64,000 nucleotides of DNA from Octopus sinensis (taxonomy: Eukaryota): positions 33,728,001 through 33,792,000 of the forward strand of contig NC_042998.1 of the NCBI RefSeq assembly GCF_006345805.1, given 5' to 3'. The position numbers were made by a program, and so were the translations under genes. Shown piece by piece: positions 39,866 through 55,480 of this stretch. Numbering within the stretch: position 1 is the stretch's first letter; every line of letters starts with the position of its first letter. Below the pieces are notes generated by a model. It saw nothing but the letters and a program-made list of their open reading frames with translations. It did no database searches and was not told the DNA's origin.

Positions 39866-40554
39866 TATATATATTATATATATTATATATATATATATAT
39901 AATATATATATATATGGGATTTCCACAATATTTCCGTCGATTAAATTCACTCACAAGGCATTGGTGGGCCCCAGTAGACACTTGCTCAAGATGCCCCGCA
40001 GCGGAAATGAGCCGAAGACCACGTGGTTGTCAAGTGAACTTCTTAACCACACAGCCTATATAAATAGAATTAAAGAAGAAAACAATCTAAAAAAAAAGGA
40101 CAATCAAAATAGTACGAACAAAATATCATACTTCTTAGGAAGTTAATCTTTTCTTGATCTTACTCCCGTTGTTAAATTTAATATTTCTTTATTGCGAAAA
40201 GTGTATATCTGAAACTTTTATTCCGAAAGCTTGCATGGGGTATGATTAACGGATATTATTGTAATGTTTATCTCTCTGTGATTGTCTAAGCTTTCAGACA
40301 AATAGGTATATTTTCTTAGCGGCGACCGAAGACTGCTGCTTGTTTGTCTAGACTTTAGATACAGGGTCTCTGCAATATATTGTGGTTTCATACGCTTTAC
40401 GGTATAAAACTTTGTGGTTCAGGATAATTTCTTTAATACGGTGATCTCATTTTCTGGCATTCAGTTGTCATTCGCTGACAATCTTTCGGTTCACGAATCG
40501 TTAAGCTTTCACATTTTCTAAAATAAGCCATATTTTATTTATTTTTTCTTTTCT

Positions 40555-41310
40555 CTTTTACTTGTTTTCACTCATTAGACTGCGGCCATGCTGGGGCACC
40601 ACCTTGAAGAAATCATGGTCGAATGAATCGATCCATAGGACGATTTTTTCTTTTTAAAGCCTGGTACTAAATTTATCGCTTTGTTTTACCGAACCGCTGG
40701 GTTACGGGGACGTAAGCGAACTATAACCAGTTATCAAGCGGGAGTAGTGGGGGCACAAACACAGACACAAAGACACACACAACGCTCACACACACACATG
40801 CATAAATGTAGTAATGCAGATAAATACAATTAGGCTTCACGCGTGCACGCACGCACACACACATACATACACACACATACATACATACACACATGCATAC
40901 ATACGTACATACATGCATACATACATACATACATACATACATACTTACATACATACATACATACATACATATATGTAGCTGTGGGTAAGAAGCTTGCTTC
41001 CCATCCACATGCTTCTGGTTTCAGTTCCAGTGCGTGGCACCTTGGGCAAGTGTCTTCTGCTATAGCCTCGGGCCGACCACAGCCCTGTGACTGGATTTGG
41101 TAGACGGAAACCGAAAGAAGCCTGTCGTATATATATATATATACATTCGCGTGTTCATCTCTGTGTTTGTACCTCCACCATCGCTTGACTATCGATGCTG
41201 GTTTGTTTACGTCCCCGTAACTTAGCGGTTCGACAAAAGAGTCCGATAGAGTAAGTACCACTAAATAAGTCCAGGGATCGATTTCTTCGACTAAAAGTAA
41301 AAGAATAAAA
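40555..41310. mobile_element. Family B SINE tail (-, 40555-40790) and near-full copy (+, 40975-41310) flanking (ATAC)n
   Basis: Family B motifs in both orientations. Confidence 0.75.
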
Positions 41311-41325
41311 GAATCTACACACACA

Positions 41326-41379
<54 letters not shown>

Positions 41380-41828
41380 ATAGACACGTATATCTAAATG
41401 TATTCAGAAAGATAAACATATACATACATACATATACACGCAAACATATTTACATAAAGTTAAGAAATTAATACTAAAAAGAGAATACATAATTTCTTAA
41501 CCCGACAGCTGTTTTAAGAAGCTCGGGATTACTTAAAAATCGTAACGTTCATAATTTACAGGTGGAATATCAAAATGTCTCGGGTGTGCAACCAGTAAAG
41601 ATTCCTACATAGATATTACAAAAAGTTCACCTTCACTCGTTAAGAGAAGATTACGACAGGCTTCTTTCAGTTTCCGTCTACCAAGGCTGTGTGTATCAGA
41701 TACACACAGAAACACACACATACGTGCGCACAGAAACATACTCTGGGTAAATGCACAATCTTACATCATCTCAGCGAGATATTTAATCACAGATCGCCCT
41801 CAATAACTCAGCAGTTAAGCTTATAAAC

Positions 41829-42276
41829 CATGCATGGGCAACCTGCGGCCCTCGACATGTTGTTGTGCGGTGCTTGATGTGTTTCTAGGTCACTAATTTT
41901 TACAAGCGAAAACTTTTTCTCAAATTTTCCAATTATTAACCTTATCATTATCATTAGGAAATAAGGAAAGAGATGCGAGCTTAATGTTCGAGGGGGTGTA
42001 TGAAAAGTCTTGAGCCTCAAACTAAAAAAAAGTCATGGTACAAGACTTCTGATGAAGGTACAAGACTTCAAGGCTCAAAGACTTCAAGGCTCAAAACGTT
42101 TCATACACCCTTCGCAAACTCTCATACTAAGACAAATAAAATTAAGAAGAACTACAGAAACATTCAGTGTGAAATGAGCAAGTAATATTTCATGCATATG
42201 TGTTTTATCGTGCGGCCCTCTACCACTTGGAAATGGTAAGATGCGGCCCCAGTTGACGAAAAGTTGCCCATCCCTG
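41829..42276. mobile_element. hAT (Charlie-like) MITE with a nested mariner MITE
   Basis: TIRs CATGCATGGGCAAC / GTTGCCCATCCCTG; subterminal GCGGCCC repeats; 8-bp TSD TTATAAAC/GTATAAAC. Confidence 0.75.
41989..42114. mobile_element. Tc1/mariner-type MITE
   Basis: TIRs CGAGGGGGTGTATGAAAAGTCTTGAGCCT / AGGCTCAAAACGTTTCATACACCCTTCG; internal 16-bp tandem duplication. Confidence 0.6.
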
Positions 42277-43212
42277 GTATAAACAAACCTAAGGTTTGTT
42301 CAAATATGTTTGTGGCGTATTTCAACTTCTAAAAGCAATTTCAAATGCAGCTTACCTTGGAGAAGAAAACTCTCACTTATGGTAAAAGGTGTAAATACAC
42401 TATTAATCAGCTCAGTGGTGCCCTCTGTTAGGCCTCTAGAAGCATTTCTAGCTCGTTAAGCTTTCGTAGGGAATAGCGATAAAAGATCAATTACCTTTAG
42501 AAATTAAGATATGTCACAAACATGTTGTAAAGCCTAGTGTGTTCATTTCCCATTACTGATCATGGAGTTGTGTCTATGTGTATGATTGTGAGTGTATGTA
42601 TGTGTCGCTTGACCTAATGTGTGTGTGCGTGTGTGCATGCTTGGATTTGTGTATGTGTGTGCATGTGTGTGTATGTTTGTGTGTGTACGTGTGTGTATGT
42701 GTGCACATGCGTGTGTCGCGCACAGCAGATTGGTCAAGAAGTTCGTTTCGCATTCATGAGTTTCTGACGTTGACTTCAATGAGTGACGTTTTGGACAAAT
42801 GTCTTTTATCACAACCAAGAGTCAACCCAGAGTTTATGATCAAAGTCGGGTCGATGGAATTTGTGTAAAAACTCATTGGGGAGATTGTGCAGTTAATTCA
42901 AACATCCAGCTTTACTGCATATTGCATCACGTGGATTCGACCCGAGAACATATTAACGGCACATGTGTCTGAGGTATACTCAGCCGTTTACGCGTTAATT
43001 TAGCGAGGAGCCATTCAGTTGATCGCACAACTAATTTATCATCGTCGTCATCATCATCATCATCAGTCATTATTCATTGACACCGAAGTTGTATTCGTCG
43101 TCGTCGTCATCATCACCAACAACATTTTTATCATTAACCTCATGACAACGTTTTTTTGTTTTTGTTTTTCTTTTTTATCAAGCAACTAGGTTGCATTGAC
43201 GGTAATCACCTC

Positions 43213-43440
43213 GGCGAGCTGGCAGAAACGTTAGCACACCAGGCGAAATGCGTAGCCGTATTTCGTCTGCCGTTACGTTCTGAGTTCAAATTCCGCCGAG
43301 GTCGACTTTGCCTTTCATCCTTTCGGGGTCGATTAAATAAGTACCAGTTACGCACTGGGGTCGATATAATCGACTTAATCCGTTTGTCTGTCCTTGTTTG
43401 TCCTCTCTATGTTTAGCTCCTTGTGGGTAGTAAAGAAATA
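43213..43440 (+). mobile_element. SINE family A, tail T1
   Basis: TSD GGTAATCA(C/T)CTC at 43201 and 43441. Confidence 0.85.
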
Positions 43441-43759
43441 GGTAATCATCTCGGCTGAGATCAGCAATTAGCGCACGACAATGGTTCAGCGTATATTTAC
43501 ACCAACCGCTTAACCAGTTCACGGCGGCGATTAATTCGACTGCTTGCGCGCAAGCGGCAACGGTAATGGCGTCGATTGAGGTCAGCACTCAATGCGAGAT
43601 AACGCTCAGCGTATATTTACGTCAACCGCTTTAGTGCAAGCACTGCTTATTTACATAAACTATATCGCAGTGAAGAGGATGCTCTTGAGGTTATTATTCC
43701 TGAATAAAATCACTCGACAGCACAAATCAGATCAACTTCATGTATTTACAATCAGGTCA

Positions 43760-45366
<1,607 letters not shown>

Positions 45367-45466
45367 NNNNNNNNNNNNNNNNNNNNNNNNNNNNNNNNNN
45401 NNNNNNNNNNNNNNNNNNNNNNNNNNNNNNNNNNNNNNNNNNNNNNNNNNNNNNNNNNNNNNNNNN
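45367..45466. other. Assembly gap (100 N)
   Basis: Run of N. Confidence 1.
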
Positions 45467-45935
45467 TGGAGTTTTTATTAAAGTGAGTTTCGTGGATTAA
45501 AATAAAACGAAGGTTTAAAAAGCGTAAGTGACGTTTATGTTCATAAGGTGTATTTCAACAGGCGAAACTTAAATTTTGTGACAATTTCACTTTGAGAACG
45601 TAAATCTGTTACATGTCTTCGTTATTGGATTCGCAAGAAATTTATATAAAACTATCTTTATGGTATCTATATTATAATGAAAAAAACCTACTTACTAATT
45701 AATTTGGAGTATGTAATTTTTATTAAAAGAAAGCATTTATTAAACTTTACACTGTCTAGCAATTTCTCAAAAATTCTAATTATAATGTATTTTATCAAAA
45801 TGTGATTTTAAACTTCATTTTATTGTTGAAGATTTCTATTGAAGAATGATTTTAATTCGCTGCGAGATAGTAGTTCTTTTTAACACTACGAGATAGTAAG
45901 AGTCCTTTGCTGTTTTTCCCTTCCCTTCTTTTTTT

Positions 45936-45978
<43 letters not shown>

Positions 45979-47557
45979 CTCTCTCTCTCTCTCTCTCACT
46001 CTTCCTCTCTCGCTTTCTCTCGTACACTTCATTGCAATATTTTCCACATACATCTCAGTAGAAACATTTTTACAAATTATAATTTTCCTCCAGCGTCAAC
46101 CAAATTATGTCGATTCCAGCATCCATTCACATTTGTTTGGAATTTTTGAAGAAACAAAAAGCAAAAGAAGACTGGTTTTAATTTACTTACGTCAATTGAA
46201 CCAAATACTGAATTATTATAAATTGTATTATGAAATGTAAATGGCTAACGCACCTCGACTTGAGCCTAATGTCCAAGGTGTCTCATTTTGTAGCTGGAGC
46301 TATAAAATCATTTTAAAATGCGATTCACTTCTACTAGCAAGTATTTCAGATAAAGGTTTATCAACTGTGCTCTCATTATCGTAGATACGTTACTTCCATT
46401 AATTTCTCTGAACATTTGCATTAAAAATAGGAAACGCAGAAAATAATACTGTAATGCGAGTTGGTTTTACTTACCACTGCTTAAACCTTGAAAAACAGTT
46501 CGCTCCGGTAAAGGGCTTTGCATCGGTCGGTACGAAGTCAGCGGAACGTTTGTTTAGGTGCGACTAACGACTATACTCTCCCAGTTATATCAAGCTCCAC
46601 CTAGCTGAGGACGATACTGCACAACACTCTGACATGTTGTGATGAACTGTATAGGATGCAATATCTGGTCATACTGCACTCTCTCCATTCATCAGTTGGT
46701 ATCTGTAAGATTGTTGTTGTTGCTGCTGCTACTGCTGCTGATGATGATGATGACAGTAATCTTAGTGACTAAGCTGACAAAAGTTCAAGGCACAACAGCA
46801 TAAATTGCCGCGCCTTTATAAGTGGCGTCGTCACAGCCACATTTTCCCGTGTGACCTCTTATTTTAGGTTCTAAGGTGTAACTTTAGGGTGAGTTGGCAG
46901 CAGTTTCTAGCAGGTCAAACGACCATTTGGAGGTTCACTTTTTTGGCTCTCTACGCCTAGGGCTTCGGGTGGTGACCGCGACAGAGGCGGACAAGGTGGA
47001 AATGCTAAGAACACGGCAGTTGCTTGTCCTCTATGAAGCGGCTGTTGCCGTCGTTATTGTTATTTATCTCCAGTTCAGCCCTAATTGAACAGACTTATGA
47101 TCAAAAACAACTAACAACTTTGATTCTTTTCGTTATTTATTTATAATGGCTTTGTCTAGACGGAAGGGATCCGCCCATAACCAAAACAGGCCTTTCATAG
47201 GCCTTTGTAATATTTGTGCGGTTCATTTTCCTCTTGAACAGTCGAAAATTGACAGGCGCAGGAAGTGAATAGCAGAAGCATGAGAAGAACGAACCGGACA
47301 AAGTAATTTGTGCGAAACCTGAGGAGCAGTGGAAGACACAATACAGGTGGCGGAGAGAGGAGTGACCGCGGGGTCGGAAGCGCCTGAATGAAGATTGTAA
47401 GAGACCAGCTTGTGGCGAAGAGAAGAAACCACTGTAGTAACATTTCAAAAGGTAAAGTGAGGAGACGTAGCAGTAATATGGTAAGATGCATACATTAAAT
47501 GATGTACACCATGACCGCATTATCAGAGTTATTTAATGGGTTATCAGTTTACTAAAA

Positions 47558-47789
47558 GGCGGCGAGCTGGCAGAAACGTTAGCACGCCGGGCGAAATGCG
47601 TAGCCGTATTTCGTCTGCCGTTACGTCCTGAGTTCAAATTCCGCCGAGGTCGACTTTGCCTTTCATCCTTTCGGGGTCGATAAATTAAGTACCAGTTACG
47701 CACTGGGATCGATGTAATCGACTTAATCCGTTTGTCTGTCCTTGTTTGTCCTCTCTGTATTTAGCCCCTTGTGGGTAGTAAAGAAATAT
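47558..47789 (+). mobile_element. SINE family A, tail T1
   Basis: Full head and tail; TSD GTTTACTAAAAG. Confidence 0.85.
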
Positions 47790-49101
47790 GTTTACTAAAA
47801 GACCTTAGTTGCTCAGTTAAATGAAGCTTCGGGCGGTAAGGAGCGCTAGCAACAACAGCTTTGATTGGATAAACAGTTTACTATGAAACTACATTACTGC
47901 ACTTAAATAAGCCCCTTATCTGATTTATTATAATGGCGATAAATGACATTCCACTATCCTCAGCGCTCAACATAATAATTCTAGCAACCACAAATTGCAC
48001 GTTGAAGAAATGCATTTTGATGTGGCCGTGTGTAGACGACGGCAGAAAAAGGACTATTCTACTATATACTGAAGGGGAAAAGAGTCTGTCGTGAGATTTA
48101 TCATACACTAAATGACAACAAATTAACTTTTACGAGTGCAAAGGACTTACTGACATCAGCCCACAAAAATTTGACTTGCGAGAGAAGCACGTTCCGGTCC
48201 ATTTCACTCAAAGATAAAAAAAAAAAAAAGAAGTCCTCAGTTATATCGGCCGACAAAACAAATGTAAAAACATGTTTTGTTAAGTATGATACTGATAGCG
48301 AAATAGTGAATCAATTCAATGAGAAAAACCCAGTCATACTACGAGAATAACATTATTACAGCCCCGTCCGGCATTACACATAAAATGTTAATAGAAATAA
48401 TGCTGTCACAAGATCTAGTTTAAAAGTAAACAAGACACTCACGTACACTCACTCGTACACACAAAAACGATTAGAATAATATTAATTTAAGTAGGCAATT
48501 TCTGTTATGCATGTGGTTCCAAATCTCATATTTTAATTTTATTTAATCTCATTAATCTCATGATTGATCCCGCGTCAGGCAAAGGGAAGAACATGTTACG
48601 TAAAAATAGAAATGCGACCATTTCATGATCGTATGTTGTTCAGGGAAACCGCAGGTTCGTAACTTTAAACACTTCAGCCGACAGCAAAATACAGAGTCAA
48701 CCACTTTTAATTGGTTGCATAAAAAAAGCACACCATCAATCAGTGACGGTGGATTTATATTTCGACTTATTTTGATGATGAACTAAACAACAAACAAACA
48801 TTAAAGAAATAGTCACATCATGTATTACTGATAACAGAACATCATGAAATTCAGTTGATAAAGCAACATTTAACGAATGAAGGTTTTAAATTCTGAACAA
48901 TTATTCAATTATGTGAACCAAAATGTTTGTCTGTTTCTCTGCTTCACTTTTAGCTTTACGTGAGAACCATTTGTGGCACTCTTGGAATTGGCTTCTGTTT
49001 TCGGAGGATGCTCGTGACTAACTCTATGCCCGACAATATTTATTCGAACGTGAAACAGCTTATTCACTAAATCTAATTAAAATAAACAATATCAGAATTC
49101 T

Positions 49102-49249
49102 TATTTCTTTATTGCCCACAAGGGGCTAAACACAGAGGGGACAAACAAGGTCATCAAACGGATTAAGTCGATTACATCGACCCCAGTGCGTAACTGGTAC
49201 TTAATTTATTGACCCCGAAAGGATGAAAGGCAAAGTCGACCTCGGCGGA
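49102..49249 (-). mobile_element. 5'-truncated SINE family A, tail T1
   Basis: TSD AACAATATCAG(A/T)ATTC. Confidence 0.8.
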
Positions 49250-49379
49250 ACAATATCAGTATTCCTTCAAGAGTAGAAGATGATTGAATGACTAGACAAT
49301 TCCTCGAAATATGCAAAGCCAAAGATAGAATAAAATATTTTATGCTAAAATTATCAAACAAGCCATCAAGCCAAATCTG

Positions 49380-50960
49380 GGCTGATTACTATTTCGTGTA
49401 AACAAAGAAGCAAAAGAAATGAGACACTTGTTTAAAACTGGACATCATTGAGAGAGTCAATGGAGTCACAAGGTAGATTTCCTCATAGGATAGATACCAA
49501 AGAAAGATGGCTGTGTTTGTTTGTGCATGGAAACCTATCCAAAAAACAATGCATAATTACGATCTTGAAAAAAGGTACTGGAAAATTTGAATAAATGATG
49601 CTTTTTCTCAAAACTGAATCTTAATTGGGATAAATAGAAGTTGGTCCATCTCTGGCATCATAAAATAAGATCTGATTATTTTAATGGATTATAATGAAAA
49701 ATTTCAGGAAATCAGTAACAGTCTTTTCCAATCTTAATCTAACGTAAGTAATATATAGTCGCCATATAGTCTCTCTCTCTCACACACATACACACACACA
49801 CACACATTGTTGTATTTTTGTTATTGGCGTAATGAACCTTCCAAGACACAACAAGATTAACAGAATTCTCTCAGAAAATACAAACTCTTAGTCTCCAACA
49901 TTTTTAGCTTTAAAAGATGTGCGCGCGCGTGTGTATTGGCATGCATACATATCAATTCGTTCGACTAAAATTCTTCTAGGTGGTGCTACAGTATCGCCGC
50001 AGTCTAATGATTGAAACATGTAAAAGATTGATAGATCGTTAGCCACTATACACATTTTTTTCTCTCCTTGTTTCTCCTTGTTTTTTCTGTGTCCCTTTCT
50101 GTAGAAGAGCGTAGGCTCGAAACATAAAAGACTTTTTCAATTCCTGAGCGTTATACTAATACATCTGTTTGTTTTGTACACCACCTGTCTTCGTATTTTG
50201 TTTTTTTTTTCGTAAACTCTCCCCGTAAGCAATATATAGCAGTTTGTATTCTGCTCTGCGGAAATAACGGGTCAAAAAGAAAACCGATAAGTGACATTAA
50301 TTGGATGTCTGTTATTATATAACAATGGCTCCACATTAACTCATAACAAATGTGAGTCAGACAGAACACTTTGGTTTCATTGTTTTAAATCAAGGAGTCA
50401 AACCGACCGAAAATGAGATTGGATTTGTGACTCACTTTAAACGCCCAGCAAAATCGACCGAATAAAGTTTGGAGTTATAATGCAGCTTGGTTATTTCGGG
50501 CAACATTTAACTCTGAAGAAAGTTATACAGTTGAAACTGACAAAAAGAAGAGAGTGGTTTCAGTGTGTGGTAAACAACAGAAGAAATACAAAGAATTAAA
50601 ACAATGCATAACATCATGTACTATATTATTATAGTTTGGCATCAAAACGGGAAGTTTCTATGTTGAAGCCAACCCTGTCAGAATGGGCGTCATATTGGTA
50701 CGATATGACTTCAAGACAAATGTCATTTTATTACATTTCCAAAGAACTTTCGAAAAATCACTATTGGTAAATTGAAAAGAAAGGTCGTCTGTGGCATAGA
50801 CATGAAAAAATACTCCATGCATATTTCTATGGAAGACCACTCTATCTCTTCAAAGACCAATAGCAATTATTCATGAAAAACAGAATACCTTTGTGCAAAG
50901 GTGATTAAGGCTGATACCCCGCGATTACGAACTGCAGTTTATAAAATGTATCCGTAATAT
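49380..50960 (+). mobile_element. Degenerate Ty3/Gypsy pol fragment (RT-RNase H)
   Basis: Broken frames: DIIERVNG, IPKKDGCVCLCM, FSKLNLNW, QQKKYKELKQCIT, VEANPVRMGVIL, EKILHAYFYGRPL, LRLIPRDYELQF. Interrupted by a SINE tail and a family-2 hammerhead element. Confidence 0.7.
50095..50130 (+). ncRNA. Hammerhead-like fold, family 2 (AUA triplet)
   Basis: CTTT-CTGTAGA-A-GAGC(GTAG)GCTC-GAAAC-ATA-AAAG. Confidence 0.4.
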
Positions 50961-51630
50961 CAATAGGAACAACAGAATGATATGGTAGCTTTGTAATTGT
51001 AGTCATAATTCATAAGAAAAATCAACCGCTCAAACAACAGTTTCAAGAGAAGTACAGTTACAGAGAAGTACAAGAGAAGTACCTCTCTATCGTTTCCCAT
51101 TTAATCTTTCTCCTTACATAATCTTACCCTCACCTTCATCTCTGTCTTTTCCTTTTCTCTCTCATTCTCCACTTTATTATATGTACCACCTTTAAGTCTG
51201 CTTAGCTCGGATATCGTAGACTTGTCCAATTACGGAAACATTGTTTTAAAAATCTGTTTCTTCCAGAAATGTCAACCAGCTTTTACACTTGCTTCCTTCA
51301 CATAATTCATTTATAAACCAGTGATTATAATTGCATTTTACCAATTAATATTCAATTTACTTTCAGTTTTATATACTTTTAATTTCACTTTCCTTTCGAC
51401 TAGAATTTATCATCACAATTTTGCAGAGAAATACATTGACACATATTCCTCCTTTGTTACTCCCTTCTTCTCAACCCCTTTTCCATTCATACTTTCAACT
51501 TTAGCTCTCTATTCAAGGAAATTCTTTCTCTATTTAATTATAGATCTTTTAGCACTTCAATTGTCGTCCAACTTTATATATCTCACAATAATTGCTTTAC
51601 CACTGTAAAACATTATAAAACATTATAATA

Positions 51631-51843
51631 AGGCGGCGAGCTGGCAGAAACGTTAGCATGCTGGACGAAACGTTTGGCAGTATTTCGCCCGTCGCTACGT
51701 TCTGAGTTCAAATTCCGCCGAGGTCGACTTTGCCTTTCATCCTTTCGGAGTCGATAAATGAAGTACCAGTGAAACTCTGGGGTCGATGTAATCGACTAGC
51801 CCCCTCCCGCAAAGCTTCGGGCCTTATGCCTATAACAGAAAGG
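51631..51843 (+). mobile_element. SINE family A, tail T2
   Basis: Tail CCCCCTCCC…GGCCTTATGCCTATAACAGAAAGG; 17-bp TSD ATTATAAAACATTATAA. Confidence 0.85.
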
Positions 51844-52016
51844 ATTATAAAACATTATAACCACCCGTTCCTATTTTAATAGAAATCATGGTTCCAAATA
51901 GCGCCCTCCCCTACTTTTCACTATATATTCCATCAACCAAACTATATATTCATTCGTCTGATAAATTCGCACAGAGCGAAGCATTGTTGGCCAGTATAAG
52001 AAATCACGTATGTATA

Positions 52017-52239
52017 CAGTAATCTCTCTCCATATCGCGGTTCACCTATCGCGGTTATTATTTAAACTTACGCCGATTTCCTCCGTGGTGTTGTTTTGCA
52101 TTTATAATAAAATAAATATGTACAAATTATAAAAATAATTTTAAAATATATACAGTACAGTACTGTTTCTACTTTGCGGATTTCCACTTATCGCGGGTGT
52201 TTTTGGAACGCAACACCCGCGATAGTCGAGGGATGACTG
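52017..52239. mobile_element. Tigger/pogo-like MITE
   Basis: TA|CAGTAATCTCTC … GAGGGATGACTG|TA, with internal TATCGCGG repeats. Confidence 0.65.
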
Positions 52240-52269
52240 TATATGCATTTTTTATGTAGGATCTGTGTG

Positions 52270-52302
<33 letters not shown>

Positions 52303-52458
52303 GTTCATGTAGAGGGAGAGAAAAAGAGACAGACATACAGATAGATAGCCAGACTGGCAAACAGACAGGCAGGCAAGCAGGCAGACAAACAGGCAGATAG
52401 ATAGATAGACAGACAGACAGGTAGACAGGTAGACAGGCAGACAGGCAGACAGGCAGAC

Positions 52459-52525
<67 letters not shown>

Positions 52526-53667
52526 AAGGTACAGGAGTGGCTGTGTGGTTAAGAAGCTAGCTTTGCAACTATGTGGTTTTTGAGTTCTATCCCACAACGT
52601 GGCGCCTGGGGCATATGACTTCCACTATAGTCCCAGATTGATCTATGCCTTGTAAATGAATTTGGTCGACGGAAACATATAAGTGTGTGTGTGTGTGTGC
52701 GTATGTATAAAGAATAGAACAAAACAAGAGATTCGGTTAAAGGTTTTATAACGACCTCATAAATTACATAGTCCTTATAGGTGTTTCAATAGCGTAGAGA
52801 AGTACGCTATGCGGTAATTGTTACACAGACGCCAGATTATCAGAAGAAGAAAAAAAAAAAGGTAACTGAATCCATTGTTGGTTACCGAAGTCCGTTGGTA
52901 GGCAGGGCTGAAGTTTGTTTGTTCGCTATAGAAAACGATTGGATTTATAAATTTTAAAATAACTTCATATTAACGAGGCCCGTATAAAAAAAAATAATAA
53001 TTATGTTATTTATTTTGTATTTTGAGCGGTGTTTAATTAATAAATTGACAATTAATTATTATTATTAACGGCGCGCATTAGAGAATGTAAATGATACCGG
53101 AAGCGATTAAAGTTTAGATTGCAGAGTTCGTAACTTCCTTTAAAACGAATATAAAACATGTTTGCATGATTCTGTACTTCAGACGGACAAACAAATTACA
53201 ATTTAATTCTAAAAAATTAGTCTTTAAGTTAAACAAATATAGCTATATCCTTTTTAGAAAATGCGCAATGATACTTTCTCACTAATAAAATATTTTCCTC
53301 CTAGTAATATAAACAAGGCCTTTTTTTTTTTTTACATGTGTGGCATTAAAGACTAAAGTTTACCATACTTACTTAAACACAGTTCATTCTGTATTTAAAT
53401 TTCCCCTGGATTTAGCATCTTATGATGAAGTTGTTTGTAAATTACTAAAATTCCAAGCATGGGAGAAGTTGTGAAAAGATACTAATAGAAGTTGTTAAAA
53501 GATGCCTAGTGGGAGTGTACGATGAAAGAGCATAGACCTGCACAAACCTCTACAAAATGCGTAAAACCAGAAAACGTTCGTGGGTTGTGTAATTGTCATG
53601 TTGACCCCATAAACCTGCTACTGTCCTGCATGTGGAGCCTTCAGCTGGTAGTACTTGTGTTGCACAC

Positions 53668-53689
<22 letters not shown>

Positions 53690-53706
<17 letters not shown>

Positions 53707-53844
53707 CTGTGTGTTGTATGCATGTATGTATGTGTATATGTGTGTATATATATATATATGTATGTATGCATATATGTATGTATGTATGCATATATGTATG
53801 TATGCATATATGTATGTATGTTTGTATGTATATATGTATGTATG

Positions 53845-53875
<31 letters not shown>

Positions 53876-54096
53876 ATATGTGTATATGTATGTATGTATG
53901 TATGTATGTATATATGTATGTATGTATGTATATATGTATGTATGTATGTATGTATGTTTGTATGTATGTATATATGTATGTATGTATGTTTGTATGTATG
54001 TATGTATGCATGCATATATGTATGTATGTATGCATGTATGTATTTATGTATGTATGTATGTATGTATGTATGTATGTATGTATGTATGTATGTATG
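53690..54096. repeat. (GTAT)n array
   Basis: Direct reading. Confidence 0.95.
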
Positions 54097-54290
54097 TTTC
54101 TTCTTTTTTTCTAATTATTATAAATTTTCCACCGAAGAGGGAGCCGGCTTCCAACAAAGATACAAGGGTCCATTTTTGGGATGTAGATAACACTGACAAA
54201 TTCATATTTGGAACTTGAGAAAAGTCTTGCATATTTTTACTGTTAACCGATCGATTCCGAAAATCCCAGTTTATCCAGATTCTCTTTTAT
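54097..54290 (-). mobile_element. Second 3'-end fragment of the same RLE element
   Basis: Reverse complement aligns with 39040-39278 (KENLDKLGFSE; ATATGCAAGACTTTTCTCAAG…CTACATCCCAAA…) and runs into (ACAT)n. Confidence 0.75.
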
Positions 54291-54293
54291 GTA

Positions 54294-54363
<70 letters not shown>

Positions 54364-54637
54364 TTGTAAAACAAAAAAATGTGATGAACAAGCTTTATCC
54401 AGAAATTAAAACAATTGTTTCCTGTGCAATGGTAACAGCTGTTAGTTGCTGAGTTTTCCTTGTCATATTTTTGCACGTTTTATAATTTTTTAATATAAAT
54501 TCTGCATACACTAACGGATTTCTACATTCATATACAGTTTAAAGGAGCAATCCTGATGTATGATGGAATAGGGTAGCCGATAACCGTATAGGAGCTTTGA
54601 AATTCATGTTATGAGGTTATTACCCAGATGATATTAA

Positions 54638-54699
<62 letters not shown>

Positions 54700-54708
<9 letters not shown>

Positions 54709-55025
54709 ACATCACGTCGGTTACCACGACGAATGTTCCAGGTGATTCGATCAACCGATCAACTGAACAGCCTGCTCGTGAGATTAATGTGAAGGCGGCT
54801 GAGCATTCCACAGACACGCATACACTTCAGTTAGTTCTCAGACAAATTGAGTGTGACACACAGAATGTGAAAAGGCTGACCCATGGAATTACAGGTGCAA
54901 CATTTGTTTTGCTACCTGCGTGAGCTGTTACAACATGAAACAAAGGATCTTGCCCAAGGAAGCAACACGCTGCCGGGAATTGAACTCGCGTGAGCTTATT
55001 ACGCTAACCACTAAGCCACGGTGCT
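54700..55025 (-). mobile_element. SINE family C
   Basis: Reverse complement has the same head and GTAACCGACG 3' block. Confidence 0.7.
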
Positions 55026-55034
55026 TAAATTTTC

Positions 55035-55480
55035 ATTCTTTTACTTGTTTCAGTCATTTGACTGCAGCCATGCGGGGACACCACCTTTAGTAGAACAAAT
55101 CGACCCCAGGTCTTATTCTTTGTAAGCCAAGCACTTATTCTATCGGTCCCGTTATCCGAACCACTGGAACGTAAACAAACCAGCATCAGTTGTCAAGCGA
55201 AGGTGGGGGGACGAACACAGACACACAAACATATACACATATATATATATATAGTGTCACGCCGATTGAAAATTTGTGAGTGGATTTGGTAGATGGAGAC
55301 TGAAAGAAGCTCGTCTACCAAATCCACATGCGACGGGCTTCTTTCAGTCTCCATCTACCAAATCAACTCACAAAATTTCAATCGGCGCAACACTATAGTA
55401 GAAGACACTTGCCCAAGATGCCACGCAATGGGACTGAACTCGGAACCATGTGGTTGGGCAGCAAGCTTCTTACCCCATCT
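55035..55480 (-). mobile_element. SINE family B with a short internal inverted duplication
   Basis: GTGAGTGGATTTGGTAGATGGAGACTGAAAGAAG (~55276-55310) is mirrored at ~55337-55371. Confidence 0.7.

Noticed and set aside
42046-42100. CTGATGAAGG…AAAACG as a hammerhead
   Set aside because: Lies inside a mariner MITE, runs into its TIR, and lacks GAAA and stems
47137-47520. GC-richer stretch with three overlapping minus-strand ORFs
   Set aside because: No recognisable domain or splice structure; only a faint resemblance to a CR1 3' end
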